Positions 12,595 to 25,611 of a stretch of 64,000 bases of DNA are shown one piece after another. Source of the stretch: Octopus vulgaris (taxonomy: Eukaryota); the NCBI GenBank assembly GCA_951406725.2, contig OX597835.1:42160001-42224000 (forward strand), in the 5' to 3' direction. The position numbers were made by a program, and so were the translations under genes. How positions within the stretch are numbered: position 1 is the stretch's first letter; every line of letters begins with the position of its first letter. Below the pieces are notes generated by a model. That model made no database searches. It was not told the DNA's origin and saw nothing but the letters and a program-made list of their open reading frames with translations.

Positions 12595-12830
12595 ATCATC
12601 ATCATCATCATCGTTTCCATGCATCATCCGTTCTCCATGCTAGCATGGGTTGGATGGTTCAACCGGGGATCCGGGAAGCCAGAAGGCTGCACCAGGCTCC
12701 AGTCTTATCTGGCAATGTTTCTACAGCTGGATGCCCTTCCTAACGCCAACCACTCCATGAGTGTAGTGGGTGCTTTTTACGTGCCACCTGCATAGGCGTG
12801 CCACCTGCATAGACGTGCCACCTGCACAGC
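12595..12830 (-). mobile_element. SINE family C with (GAT)n tail, representative copy
   Basis: Core ccatgctagcatgggttgga...ctacagctggatgcccttcctaacgccaaccac. Copies at about 2329-2490, 15330-15955, 23335-23645, 33362-33890, 35815-36145 and 38043-38230. Some carry internal 60-120 bp tandem units. Confidence 0.75.
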
Positions 12831-13231
12831 ATATATAATCTAAATAAATAGAAGACCCAAGGATCAGGATCTAGGAAGAAAGTTAGCTTCAAGCAATCTG
12901 TAGTAAATATAAAAAACAACTTTCAGGGACAATAGTGGATTATTGAGATGGAATGTTGGTGGATTTTTTCGTATTGAGGTATGATAAATTGAAAAAAGTT
13001 CTTTTTATATTTCATGGTAGGCAATTGACCCTCCATAAATCCCAAATTTTATTTTGATACGTATGGGAGCAACTGTCTTCAAAGACTCATATTGTTGTTC
13101 AATGCTCAAAATGAGGAGTAGATAGATGGCTGGCAACTGACGAAGGGTCATTCCTTATGCCACTTGTCCTGTTTTTCATTTGTTTCTCTTGTTGTTTACT
13201 GTTTGATGACATCCTGTACCCATGTGTGTGT

Positions 13232-13272
<41 letters not shown>

Positions 13273-13353
13273 CACAGACACACACACATACATGAATATT
13301 TATATTATCTATATATAAATATATATATATATATATTTATATATAGAAAAATA

Positions 13354-13384
<31 letters not shown>

Positions 13385-13800
13385 GGCGCAGGAGTGACTG
13401 TGTGGTAAGTAGCTTGCTAACCAACCACATGGTTCCGGGTTCAGTCCCACTGCGTGGCATCTTGGGCAAGTGTCTTCTGCTATAGCCCCGGGCCGACCAA
13501 TGCCTTGTGAGTAGATTTGGTAGACGGAAACTGAAAGAAGCCTGTCGTATATATGTATATATATGTATATGTGTGTGTGTTTGTGTATGTGTGTTTGTCC
13601 CCCTAGCATTGCTTGACAACCAATGCTGGTGTGTTTACGTCCCCGTCACTTAGCGGTTTGGCGAAAGAGACCGATAGAATAAGTACTGGGCTTACAAAGA
13701 ATAAGTCCCGGAGTCGATTTGCTCGACTAAAGGCGGTGCTCCAGCATGGCCGCAGTCAAATGACTGAAACAAGTAAAAGAGTAAAAGAGTAAAGAATAAA
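13385..13800 (+). mobile_element. tRNA-derived SINE family A (about 400 bp with central microsatellite), representative copy
   Basis: Head ggcgcaggagtggctgtgtggtaagtagc...ggttcagtccc (A/B boxes), central (TA)n(TG)n, tail (gtaaaaga)n. Copies at about 18450, 19013(-), 20011, 22140, 23884(-), 25911, 27200(-), 36195(-), 42352(-), 44870(-), 52399(-), 53398, 54317(-), 55247, 61592, 63677. Confidence 0.9.
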
Positions 13801-13825
13801 GAGAGATATAAATTATATAAATATT

Positions 13826-14132
13826 CATGCATGGGATTGCACCTACAAAGTTACAAGTCCGGGCAAGGTTGTTTATGGAAGGCCAGCAGTCGTCCATGCA
13901 TGCCAGCCTACCTCCTCTCCATGCCACTGATGTTATCCAAAGGATGGGCAAAGGGGCCAATACAGCTTGGCACCAGGGATGTCGCAACTCATTTCTACAG
14001 CTGAGCAAACTGGAGCACCGTGAAATAAAGTGTCGTCCTCAAGAACACAACACACAGCTTGGTCCGGGACTTGAACTCACAACCTCACGATCGTAAGCTA
14101 GATGCTCTAACCACCGAGCCATGTGTCTTCAC
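13826..14132 (-). mobile_element. tRNA-derived SINE family D, representative copy
   Basis: Minus-strand head gtgaagacacatggctcggtggttagagc...gagttcaagtcccgg. Close copy at about 36790-37125. Related heads at about 7090-7235, 42609-42907 and 47666-47970. Confidence 0.8.
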
Positions 14133-14582
14133 ACATACATATGTACATACATACTACAACCAATACATATGTACATTCATTCAATCATACATATATACAT
14201 ACATATACACATCCACCCACCCATACATATATATACATACATACATCCATTCATCCATGCATCCATCTATACATACACCCATCCGCCCATGCATCCATAC
14301 ATCCATACATACATGCATACAGACAGACATACACATATACATCCATCCACCCCTACACCCATTGATCCATCCACCCACCCATCCATACATACATTTGTAC
14401 ATATTGTGTGTATTTATTTATATTATATGTTCTATTTTTGCATTTATGTTATTTTATTTTGTTTTTTGGTTCCCACCTTGTGTACCGTTTCTTTCGTAAA
14501 TATTTTTCTCCAGAAAATTATGCAACAGTTTTTTTTTTTTATTTCTCATCTCTAAAAAAAAACCTTTGAATCTCTCCCACAG

Positions 14583-14678
14583 GACAGTGTGTACGCCGTA
14601 CGCAATGCTTGGTCCTGGGCCATGCAAGTGGAATGTTGCTTACAAATTCACATCAAGAATGCTGCTGTCTACCACCAG
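14583..14678 (+). CDS. Plakin-family gene, exon B (DSVYAVRNAWSWAMQVECCLQIHIKNAAVYHQ)
   Basis: Acceptor ctctcccacag, donor CAG|gtaagt, 96 nt, phase 0/0. The WSW...CC..H.K.AA.Y.Q pattern matches the plakin-domain segment [24 protein letters not shown] of plectin (recalled). Confidence 0.9.
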
Positions 14679-15037
14679 GTAAGTTTCAGTTTCAATACCA
14701 GAACTTTTCAAAGACAATTTGGTATTTTGTTTGTGCTTTTGTTTTTGGGTGGGGGTGAGGGGGGTCAAATGTCCAGTTTGATAAGATCGTTTGATTGCCA
14801 GAATGTCAAATTATCAACTTATTAGATTCTTAGATTGTCAGGTTGTCTTTCTCTAATCAGGCATGAGTTTACATGTTTATATCTTTGGGTAATGTATGCA
14901 CACACACACACACACTGTAAATATATGTTTGTGTGTGTGTATATATGTGTGTATGTATATATATATATGTGTGTGTTTGTGTCATCATCATTATCATTTA
15001 ATGCCTGCCATATACACACACAACACACACACATATA

Positions 15038-16599
15038 CAAGGGGATATCCAAAAGTAACTGGAAAAGTTATCTGTGGGACAAGCCCATTGTGGTTCAGGC
15101 TTCCGCCACTAGAAGCCACTTGTTGCGACCCTCTGGCATCAGTCTGCCAACCAGTGGCATTGGGTGAAGTCGTACTGTCACATGGTGCATTTTTGTTTTG
15201 CAGTGCTTCTCCCCTGTTCATCAATTTTTGCAATGGTTGAATCGGAAAGAACAGCATGCTTCCATGAAATTGTGTTTTCTGCTGGAGAAAACAGCAGCCG
15301 GACCTTTGAACGTTGGGCCTCACAGAGGCAATGATGAAAGACCGAGATCTCTGGAGATATGCTGCGACTGAGAAGACCCGGCAAGTAAAGCAGGATCATA
15401 GCTGTCACCTACGCCAGTGTCGCATAACCAGCCCACTTAAGAAAGTACCTTGGATCGGCGGGCGACATGCCGTGCTTGAAGAGACCTGATGAGTCAAGTA
15501 CATCAAAATCAAAATCAAATCAAACCACAATCAAATGTAAATTGTAGTTGTGGCTGATGTCAGTGCTGCCTGACTGGCTCCCCGTGCTGGTGGCACGTAA
15601 AAAGCACCATCTGAATGTGGTCAATACCAGCCCCCTCACCCTGACTGGCTCCTGTGCTGGTGGCATGTAAAAAGCACCATCTGAATGTGGCCAATGCCTG
15701 TGCCACCTGACTGGCTCCTGTGCTAGTGGCACGTATAAAAAGCATCATCCGAATGTGGTCAATGCAAGCCCCTTTGCCCTGACTGGCTCCTGTGCCAGTG
15801 ACAATTAAAAAGCCCCCATTACACTCTCGGAAACACTGCCAGATCAGACTGGTGCCTGGTGCGGCCACCTGGTTTGCCAGATCCCAGTCAAACTGTCCAA
15901 CCCATGCCAGCATGGGTAATGGACGTTAAACAACGACGGCGACGATGATGATATGATGCTTCAAACTGCTCACAAGGATGCTTCCATAAGCAAAACACAA
16001 GTTTATAAGTAGTTGTCAGGCTTTCGGAATGGTCTCTTGTTGCTTGAAGACCAACCTTGTTCAGGGCAACCGTCTGCCTACCAAATGAGTGAAAACATCA
16101 CAAAAATTCATGAACTGATCTTGGAGGGCTGTTGCCGAACAATTGACAAACTTGTTGATCTGATTGGTGTGTCTTGCAGCTCCTGCCAAGGAATTTTGAA
16201 TAAGGAATTTTGAATGGAAAGAGTTGCAACAATATTTGTGCCTTGCTTGCTCATTGAAAATCGAAAGTAGTCACGACTGAATATGCGTTGTGAACTGAAA
16301 GAACAGAAGTCGATCTGGAACTTTCCCCAAAGGTCATCGCTGGTGATGACATCTGGTGCTACAGAATTTTCTGATGTTGAAGAGGTGAAGAATAAAATGA
16401 CAGAGGCATTAAAAAGGCATTTCTTTGCAAGAGTTCCGGCACTGCTTCGAACAGTGGAAAGTGCATCTGGACCAATGCAAAGTGCATCTGGACCAATTCA
16501 AATGGAGAATACTTTGAAAGCCAAAGAAGTGTAAACGTGTAGAACTAAGTGAATGAAAAAACATTGCAAAATTCCAGCATTTTTTGGGGTACCCCCTCT
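15038..16599 (+). mobile_element. Decayed, internally deleted mariner element with a nested SINE (about 15330-15955)
   Basis: Imperfect TIRs caaggggatatccaaaagtaactggaaa and attccagcattttttggggtaccccctct, flanked by TA. N-terminal mariner motifs LEDQPCSGQPS, ILNKEF and FVPCLL. Confidence 0.8.
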
Positions 16600-16600
<1 letters not shown>

Positions 16601-16648
<48 letters not shown>

Positions 16649-17069
16649 GTGTGTATATATGTGTGTGTGTGTATATATATATATATATGTATATATATTT
16701 ATGTGTGTAAATGTGTGTGTGTGTGTATATATATATGTATATATGTGTGTGTGTGTATATGTATGTATGTATGTATGTATGTATATGTGTGTCTATATAT
16801 ATGTCTGTGTGTGTGTGTATATATATATATATATGTATATATATTTATGTGTGTAAATGTGTGTGTGTGTGTATATATATATGTATATATATGTGTGTGT
16901 GTATATGTGTGTGTGTATGTATGTATGTATGTATATGTGTGTCTATATATATATATAGATATATATATATATGTTTATATATATATGTATGTATATGTAT
17001 GTATGTATGTATGTATATATGTATGTATATATATATGTATGTATGTATATATGTATGTATATATGTATG

Positions 17070-17101
<32 letters not shown>

Positions 17102-17137
17102 TATGTTTATGTATATATATGTTTATGTATATATATG

Positions 17138-17214
<77 letters not shown>

Positions 17215-17363
17215 GTGTGTGTGTACATACACGCGCACACACACATATATATATATATATGCGCGAGTGTGTGTGTTTGCAAGCCTATGTGTCAGTATAT
17301 TAGTATGTGTTTATGTCTGTATGAATCTGCTTGCCAAATTTACTGTGTATGTGTTTGCGTGTC

Positions 17364-17402
<39 letters not shown>

Positions 17403-17405
17403 ACA
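16601..17405. repeat. Compound (TA)n/(TG)n/(TATG)n microsatellite
   Basis: Directly visible, with an internal higher-order duplication of about 150 bp. Confidence 0.95.
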
Positions 17406-17447
17406 CCTATCTGAACATGTTTTTTTTTCTTTCCTGTTTTCTCGCAG

Positions 17448-17570
17448 TATTTCTACGATGTCCAACATCTTCTGGAAGACATGAATGGATTCCTGTCTTG
17501 GTTGAACTGTGTGAAGATGAAACGGAAACTGGAAATTGGTGACCCAGATGTTATGGGGTCACACATCAGG
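17448..17570 (+). CDS. Plakin-family gene, exon C ([41 protein letters not shown])
   Basis: Acceptor tttctcgcag, donor AGG|gtaagc, 123 nt, phase 0/0. Begins YFYDV, equivalent to FFSDV at the start of the next spectrin repeat. Confidence 0.88.
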
Positions 17571-17689
17571 GTAAGCGGTGCACTGCAGGCCTTTTATTTC
17601 ACTCTCTCTTGCTTTCTCGTTAACATCTTCAAAGGGATTTGTGTCACCATAAGTTGGTTGTGAGTTTACTCAATTGGAAAGTATGTCGC

Positions 17690-17895
17690 CAACATCATCA
17701 TCATCATCATCATCATCATTGTCATCATTACCAACATCACCATCATCATCATTATTACCATTACTATGAACATCACCACCATCATCATCATCATCACCAT
17801 CATCATCATCATTGTCACCAACATCATCATTACCACCACCACCACCATCATCATCATTGTATTGTCATCATCACTATCATCACCAACATCATCAT

Positions 17896-17927
<32 letters not shown>

Positions 17928-18270
17928 CCTTCACTATCATCATCATCATCATCATTGTATTGTCATCATCATTATCATCACCAACATCATCATTACCACC
18001 ACCACCACCACCATCATCATCATCACCTTCACTATCATCACCATCATCATTGTATTGTCATCATCATCATTAACGTCATCATCACCAACATCATCATTAC
18101 CATCACTCACCATCACCATCATTACCACCGTCATCATCATCATCATCATCATCACCTTCACTATTATCACCACCATTATTGCTTCATCACCTCCACTATC
18201 ATCACCATCATCATCATCGTCATAGTCACAATCACCAACATCATCACTCCCGCCACCACCATCACCACTG
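17690..18270. repeat. (CAT/CAC)n trinucleotide array with about 96-bp higher-order units
   Basis: The anchor cattgtattgtcatcatc recurs at about 17854, 17953 and 18048. Confidence 0.9.
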
Positions 18271-20190
18271 TCGATATATTAGTGCTGTTTCATCCATCTC
18301 TATGGTCTGAGTTTAAATTCTGCAGAGGTTGACTTTGCATTTCATCTTTCCTGGGTCGATAAACCAAGTAACTACCCATTAAACACTCTTGCCAAAATTT
18401 TAGGCGTTTCTGCCAAAATTAGAATGAATTATCATTATTGTTGAGCTAGCAGGAGTGGCTGTGTGTTAAGTAGCTTGCTTACCAACCACATGGTTCCTAG
18501 TTCAGTCCCACTGCGTGGCACCTTGGGCAAGTGTCCTTACTATAGCCTTGGACCAACCAAAGCTTTGTGAGTGGATTTGGTAGACGGAAACTGAAAGAAG
18601 CCCATCGTATATATGCATATGTGTTTGTCCCCCCAACATCGCTTGACAACTGATGCTGGTGTATTTATGTCCCCTTAGCGGTTCGGCAAAAGAGACCCAT
18701 AGAATAAGTGCTAGGCTTACAAAGAATAAGTCCTGGGGTCGATTTGCTCGACTTAAGGCGGTGCTCCAGCATGGCCACAGTCAAATGACTGAAACAAATA
18801 AAAGACAGAGTAAAAGAGCAGCAGAATCGTTCGCATGCTGGGCAAAATGCTTAGTGGTCTCTCGACCGTCCTTACGTTCTGAGTTCAAATTCCGCTGGGG
18901 TTGACTTTGCCTGTTCATCCCTTTTGAAGTCGTTAAAATGAGTACCAGTTATGCACAGGGGCTGGGTGTAATTGACTGAACACCTTTCTCAAATTTCAGG
19001 CCTTGCACCTATACTCTTTACTCTTTACTCTTTTACTTGTTTCAGTCATTTGACTGTGGCCATGCTGGAGCACCACCTTTAGTCGAGCAAATCGACCCCG
19101 GGACTTATTCTTTGTAAGCCCAGTACTTATTCTATCGGTCTCTTTTGCCGAACTGCTAAGTGACGGGGACGTAAACACACCAGCATCGGTTGTCAAGCAA
19201 TGCTAGGGGAACTAACACAGACACACAAACACACACACATACATATATATATATATACATATTTACGATGGGCTTCTTTCAGTTTCCATCTACCAAATCC
19301 ACTCACAAGGCATTGGTCGGCCCGGGGCTATAGCAGAAGACACTTGCCCAAGATGCCACGCAGTGGGACTGAACCCGGAACCATGTGGTTGGTTAGCAAG
19401 CTACTTACCACACAGCCACTCCTGCGCCTATGGTAGAAAGAATTGTTATGATTGTCATCACCTCCATCACACTTGCTGTCACCAACATTGCTCTCACACC
19501 CACCCGTCCTTCTCCAGCCCTTCTTCTCTTCAATATCATCGCTTCAGCCATCCTCCCCACCTCTTCCCCACCATCATCACATCCCTATCGTTGTTATCAT
19601 CCACCAAATTACATCTATTGCTTATCGTCCCCATTGCTCTACCCCCTACCTTCACCACACGGAGTTAAATAGCTGGGTGTGTCTTGTCTTTAATTTGGCG
19701 TTGATGTTGTTTATGGCAATGATGTTGTTGATGTTGATGATGATGATGGTGTTATCAAGGACATGTACAGCTATCGAAGGGATCAGGTAAGAGAAGCACT
19801 TGAAGTGTTTTTAAGGGTGTGGTAAAAGTTTACAGTTGAAGGGGAAGAGACAGACAGACAGACAGACGGACAGACGGACAGATAGATAGAGGGGGAGAGA
19901 GAGAAAGGGAGAAAGAGAGAGATAAACAGATAAAGCAGACTGATAGATAATCGATGGATAAATAGATAGACAGATGGATAGTAGACAGATAATAGATAAA
20001 TATGTATATAGGCTTAGGAGTGGCTGTGTGGTAAGTAACTTGCTTACCAACCACATGGTTCCGAGTTCACTCCCACTGCGTGGCACCTTGGGCAAGTGTC
20101 TTCTACTATAGCCTCGGGTTGACCAAAGCCTTGTGAGTGGATTGGTAGACAGAAACTGAAAGAAGCCCATCATATACATGTGTGTGTATG

Positions 20191-20275
<85 letters not shown>

Positions 20276-21209
20276 GTGTGTGTATATGTTTGTGTGTCTG
20301 TGTTTGTTCCCCCCAATATCACTTGACAACCGATGCTGGTGTGTTTACGTCCCCGTAACTTAGCGGTTGAGCAAAAGAGACCAATAGAATAAGTACTAGG
20401 CTTACAAAGAATAAGTCGATTTGCTCGACTAAAGGCAGTGTTCCAGCATGGCCACAGTCAAATGTCTGAAACAAGTAAAAGAGTATATGTATCTATCCAT
20501 CCATCCATCCATCCATACACACATGTATACACACACATGCACACACAGACATAGATAGCTACATGTTGGATAGCTGTTGATTGATTGAGAGAAAACCAGG
20601 CAGGCAGGCAGGCAGTTAGGTATATAGATAGATAGGAAGGTAGATATATGGATAGATATATAGATAGATAGGTAAGTAAATATATAGATAGGTAGATAGA
20701 TAGATGTATAGATAGAAAGGTATGTAGATATATAGATAGGCAGATAGATAGATAGGTAGATAGAGAGAGAGAGAGATAGATAGTTATAAATAGATGTTGA
20801 TACATAGTGTGAAGAGAAAGAGACAGACATATAGGGTGATAGAGAGAAAGAGAGATAGACATAGATACAGAGAGAGGGAGAGAGAGAGGATAGAAGGATA
20901 GAAATACAGCCAGATAAACAGACATACATAGATGCAGACTGACAGATAGACAGATAGATCGAGAGAAGGAAGGAAGGTGTGTTTGAGAAGAAGATAATCT
21001 TTTCCTTTGAGTGGACAAACGAAAGATAGCAACCATTTTACTGAAGTGGAAGAAAATTGCTGGCAGAGATTCTGGAATGATGTTGGTAAGAAAATGATAT
21101 ATAAACAGAGAGGGAGATAGATAGGTAGATATGTAGATATGTGGATAGACAGATGGAGAGAGATAGAGATAACTAGGTTGTGGGAAGAGAGAGAGAGACG
21201 GACAGACAG

Positions 21210-21269
<60 letters not shown>

Positions 21270-21445
21270 GAGGGAGGAGGATCGAGACATTAGAGATGGC
21301 TCGTTGGAAGAAGGAAGATTTTATCCTCAGAAAAGTTATGGAAAATGTAAAAAACAAAAAAAAAATAATAAATAAATAAAAGCGAAAAAGAGCAACAAAT
21401 AACAATAACAACAACAGCAACAGCAACAACAACAACAACAACAAC

Positions 21446-21488
<43 letters not shown>

Positions 21489-22269
21489 GTAGTAGTAGTA
21501 GTAGTAGTAATGATAATAATGTTTTTTTAAAAAATAATTAAAGTCACATCTTATCAGAACATGAAATATAATAGTTTTCCCCTCAGGTGTAAACGTAATC
21601 TACTACGGAGAAACATTACATTAATCATCATATAACTCTCCTCCCCTGATCTCCACCCTGTGCCATCACTCCTCCCACCAACCACCAGTCCCTAGTTTCT
21701 CTCTGCTTGTTGAGTTTCCTGACTCAATGCAAACAACATAAACACCGGCCTTCAGTTTCTTGTGTTCTTCATTTATCTGCCGCCTGTCGGTATATTTTTG
21801 CTGTTTATCTCCTCAGTGAAATCTTGTTCCGGTTGCCAAACAAACAGACCGCAAAAACTAACACCTAAAGCGTTTATTTAAGTTTATTTAAATTTGTTAT
21901 GGAGACGTAACCAAAGGAATTGATAAAACCAAAATCTTCAGCAATATGCATTGCAGTCTTTAAATTCTAAATTACATTTGAAATACAGGGAGGGTCATAA
22001 TGAAGGGACACATCTTAAATGCTAGAATCTTGGATTATGGAAATGATACAGAGAACCAAATATATTTATTGTAGAACTGATATACAGGAATTCGACATAT
22101 TATTTGAATATTTGGATATTACATCCTGGAGATGGTCTTTGTGGTAAGTAGCTTGCTTACGAACCACATGGTTCCGGGTTCAGTCCCACTGTGTGGCACC
22201 TTGAGCAAACGTATTCTGCTATAGCCTCGAGCGGATTTGGTAGATGGAAACTGAAAGAAGCCCGTCGTA

Positions 22270-22326
<57 letters not shown>

Positions 22327-22544
22327 GTATGTGTGTGTATATATGTTTATGTATCTGTATTTGTCCTCCCCCTAACATCGCTTGACAACCATTGCTGGTG
22401 TGGTTATGTCCCCGTAACTTAGTGGTTTGGCAAAAGACGCCAATAGAATAAGTATTAGGCTTACAAAGAATAAGTCCTGGGCCGATTTGCTCGACTAAAG
22501 GCGGTACTCCAGCATGGCCACAGTCAAATGACTGAAAAGCACAC

Positions 22545-23105
22545 TGTGGCTTAGCATATCAACTGGAATGGCTGCAGTCTCTCTATGGATGCTTTGTTTT
22601 AGTTCCACTGTTGTGCAGGGTCTTGCATATACCCTATCCTTGAGGTAACCCCACAGAAAGTAGTCCACTGGGGTTAGATCCAGCAATGTGGATGGCCAGT
22701 GGATATCGTGAAATCTCGAAAAGACATGTCCAGGGAGTTGTTCTTGAAGAATTGTCATTGACCGTTGTGCTGTCTGACTAGCGGCACCATTTTGTTGCAT
22801 CCACATCAGTGCCAGGGCAAACCTTTGTAACTTGGGAAAGAAGAATGTCTTCAGTTTATCGTAGTAGTGCTCAGCAGTTACCATTACAGCTGCACCATGT
22901 TTGTCCTGCCTTGTGGAAGTTTGTAACAGCATCATGCTGGATCACCTTTTGGAATGGTGCCTGTCACTTTCCAAAATACTGCCGGAATTTTCTTTGGGAT
23001 GCAACGATGGATCTTTGGCTGGATCTGTTTCAACCACATATGCAATCTCTTTTTGGAGTCCACAACATGGTGAGGGTCACCAAAATCAACTGCCTGTAAA
23101 AAATA
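22545..23105 (-). mobile_element. IS630-Tc1-mariner transposase remnant (DD41D/DD37D-like)
   Basis: WMQQNGAASQT and HWPSTLLDLTPVDYFLWGYLKDRVY motifs. Truncated by a family A SINE. Confidence 0.8.
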
Positions 23106-23835
23106 TTCAAATCTTAGATAATATGTTGAACTCCTGTATATCAGTACGTAATAAATATATATCATACTCTGTCTTATTTACATTATTTACATTGGACGGA
23201 TATGTGTCCCCAGCTTGTTTGTTGTTACCACAATGTTTTGGTTGATTTATTCTCCAGCCTTCATCTGTCCAATGTAAATAATTTACAGAATTCCTCTTCT
23301 CTAAAATATAGAACAGTAATTCTCTATATGACTGTGAAGACCCAGCAAATAATGTGAGTTCATGGCTGTATCCTACACCAGTTTCGCATAAGCCAGCCCC
23401 AGTCCATTCAAAAGTACCTTGGATCGTAGGGCGACCGGCTGTGCTTGAGGAGACCTATTGAGTCAAGTACATCAACATTAAAATGAAAATCAAATGAAAA
23501 TTGTAGTTGTGATACCTGTGCCCGTGGCACGTAAAAAGCACCATCCGAACATGGCTGATGCCAGCACCACCTTGACTGGCCTCTGTGCCAGTGGCACATA
23601 AAAAGCACCAACATTTGTGGCCATTGCCAACCTCCTCTGGCCCCGATTACAATAAATAAGAACTGAGTGAACTGCAGGGGTAGTTGATGGTGTTAGTTTG
23701 ACCGTGTGTTGGTTTAACAGTTGGGAGTTGAATAGTAAATATCGAGTACCCTTCCAATGTTTGAGTACTATGGAGTGCATTTTGTGTTGATATATATTTC
23801 TGTGATAGGTTTTTTTAGATAAACGTGACCAACCG

Positions 23836-23889
<54 letters not shown>

Positions 23890-24790
23890 GCTTCTTTCAG
23901 TTTCCGTCTATCAAATCCACTCACAAGGCTTTGGTTGGCTCGAGGCTACAGTAGAAGACACTTGCCCAAGGTGCTATGCAGTAGGACTGAACCTGGAACC
24001 ATGTGGCTGGGAAGTAAGCTTCTTGCCACACAGCCACACCTACCAGACTTAAATTTTAAAAATATAAATGCTGGGGTCAGTCTTTCTGACTAAAATCCTT
24101 GTAAGTGGTGCCCCAGCATGGCCACAGTCCAGTGACAGAAACAAATAGAAGGTAAAAGGTAAAATAAGTGATGAATCAACGGAGACAATATTGGGTACAG
24201 AACATCACTCTTAAGCCTCGCTGAGAACTTCACCACCTCTCTGGTGCTGGTGCTATGATAAAATGCATCCAGTACATAGCTGTAAAGTGGTTGGTGTTAT
24301 GAATGGTATCTAGCTATAGAAATTATGGAGTAAGAGAGGACTGCAACCTGTCTGGAAGGGGCAGTAACTCCATATCAGAATTGTTCCACCCATGCTAGCA
24401 AGGAAAGTAGACATAAAAGGGTGGTGATGATGATGATGATAACAATGATGGTGATGATGATGATGATGGTGAGGAGCCACCCTTTGCTCTCATCATAGTC
24501 CTTAATCTTTCCTCAATTGAAGATAGAATAGTGGGTAAATTAATAACAGATAATCGTATATTCCGCACCCTGTGTGTGTTTGCATGCATGTGTGTGAATG
24601 CATGTGTGTGAATGCATGTGTGTGTGTGTGTGTGTGTATTCACAGTGGGCTTCTTTCAGTTTCTCTCTACCAAATCCACATATAGTCTGTTGCCGTCTCT
24701 AATTCATAGAATTTGTTATTTGAATATTAACAGATGAAATTCTTCAGTTTGTTCATAATTTTTTTTTTGTCTCTTTTTTTTTTTTTCTAG

Positions 24791-24937
24791 AATGTTCTAA
24801 ACCATTTACTGGATTACCAGCTACGAACCGAGAAGTTGTTTGAACAAAGTCGTCAAGTGTACCCAGTAAATGCTCGCACCGAACCTCTCAAACATGCTGT
24901 GAAAGCCAAAGTTCTACTGTGTTACCAACATGAAGAT
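24791..24937 (+). CDS. Plakin-family gene, exon D (NVLNHLLDYQLRTEKLFEQSRQVYPVNARTEPLKHAVKAKVLLCYQHED)
   Basis: Long poly-T acceptor ...ttctag, donor GAT|gtaagt, 147 nt, phase 0/0. Ends at the start of the SH3 insert (VLLCYQ ~ AVCDYKQ). Confidence 0.88.
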
Positions 24938-25093
24938 GTAAGTTTTATTTATTGACTGAACAAACCTAACAGTCAACGCTTCAACATTTTAGCATTTCAA
25001 CTGGCCGTTCAGCCCAAATATTTTGCCTGCTTTGTGTTCAAACCAACCAGATCTGGTCTCTTACACCTACCCTACACTGTCATTCTACAAGTA

Positions 25094-25611
25094 CCATAAA
25101 TCCTCGAGTATAATCAGCATTTCCCCCCCCCCCCAAAATTTAAAGGTCAAAATCCCTAGTGCGTACTATACACGAGGTTAAAAATGAAAGATATTTTCTA
25201 AGCAATGTCCGAGTCTCTATTTGCTGTCCGGCAATGTTTATTCAGACGCATTTTGTGACGTCGGGTGCGAAAATACCTTAAGCTAAGCCTGAAAGCAATG
25301 AAGTCATAAAAGAATCATCCATAACTTGCAATAAGCCAACATTTATTAAACGTTATTACTGTTATTTCTTTATTTTCTGCAAACAAAATGCACAAAAAAG
25401 CTACACGTTTGCATTATGTTATATATACAATAATAATAAAGGACGTTACCGTATACATTTTTACAAACCAAGGACGTTATATAGACCTCCTTGACTCAAG
25501 TTAGAGAAGGGGTGCGTATTATACACAAGGTTTAGGTTTTTCAGAGATACAGCCCCCTAAAAATCCCCTGTGTATTATATTCAAGGGTGGGCTATACTCG
25601 ACGATTTACGG
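25094..25611. mobile_element. Tc1/pogo-type MITE with TA duplication, nested in another repeat
   Basis: TA|CCATAAATCCTCGAGTATA ... TATACTCGACGATTTACGG|TA. The host repeat resumes on both sides. Confidence 0.8.

Noticed and set aside
13130-13170. CTGACGA hammerhead core
   Set aside because: A weak stem follows but there is no GAAA or stem III, so the fold cannot be supported.
16553-17542. 329-aa and overlapping YI/CV-rich ORFs, and the many similar ORFs across the window
   Set aside because: Translations of stop-free (TA)n/(TG)n/(CA)n microsatellites. The real exon C inside this ORF is in a different frame.
17639-18332. Poly-His/Ile/Ser ORFs suggesting a histidine-rich protein
   Set aside because: A (CAT)n array open in several frames, intronic, with no splice signals joining it to the gene.
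19200-19436. Recurrent ORFs such as RASFSFRLPNPLTRLWSARGYSRRHLPKVPRSGTEPGTMWLVSKLLTTQP, suggesting a gene family
   Set aside because: Antisense translations of family A SINE copies.
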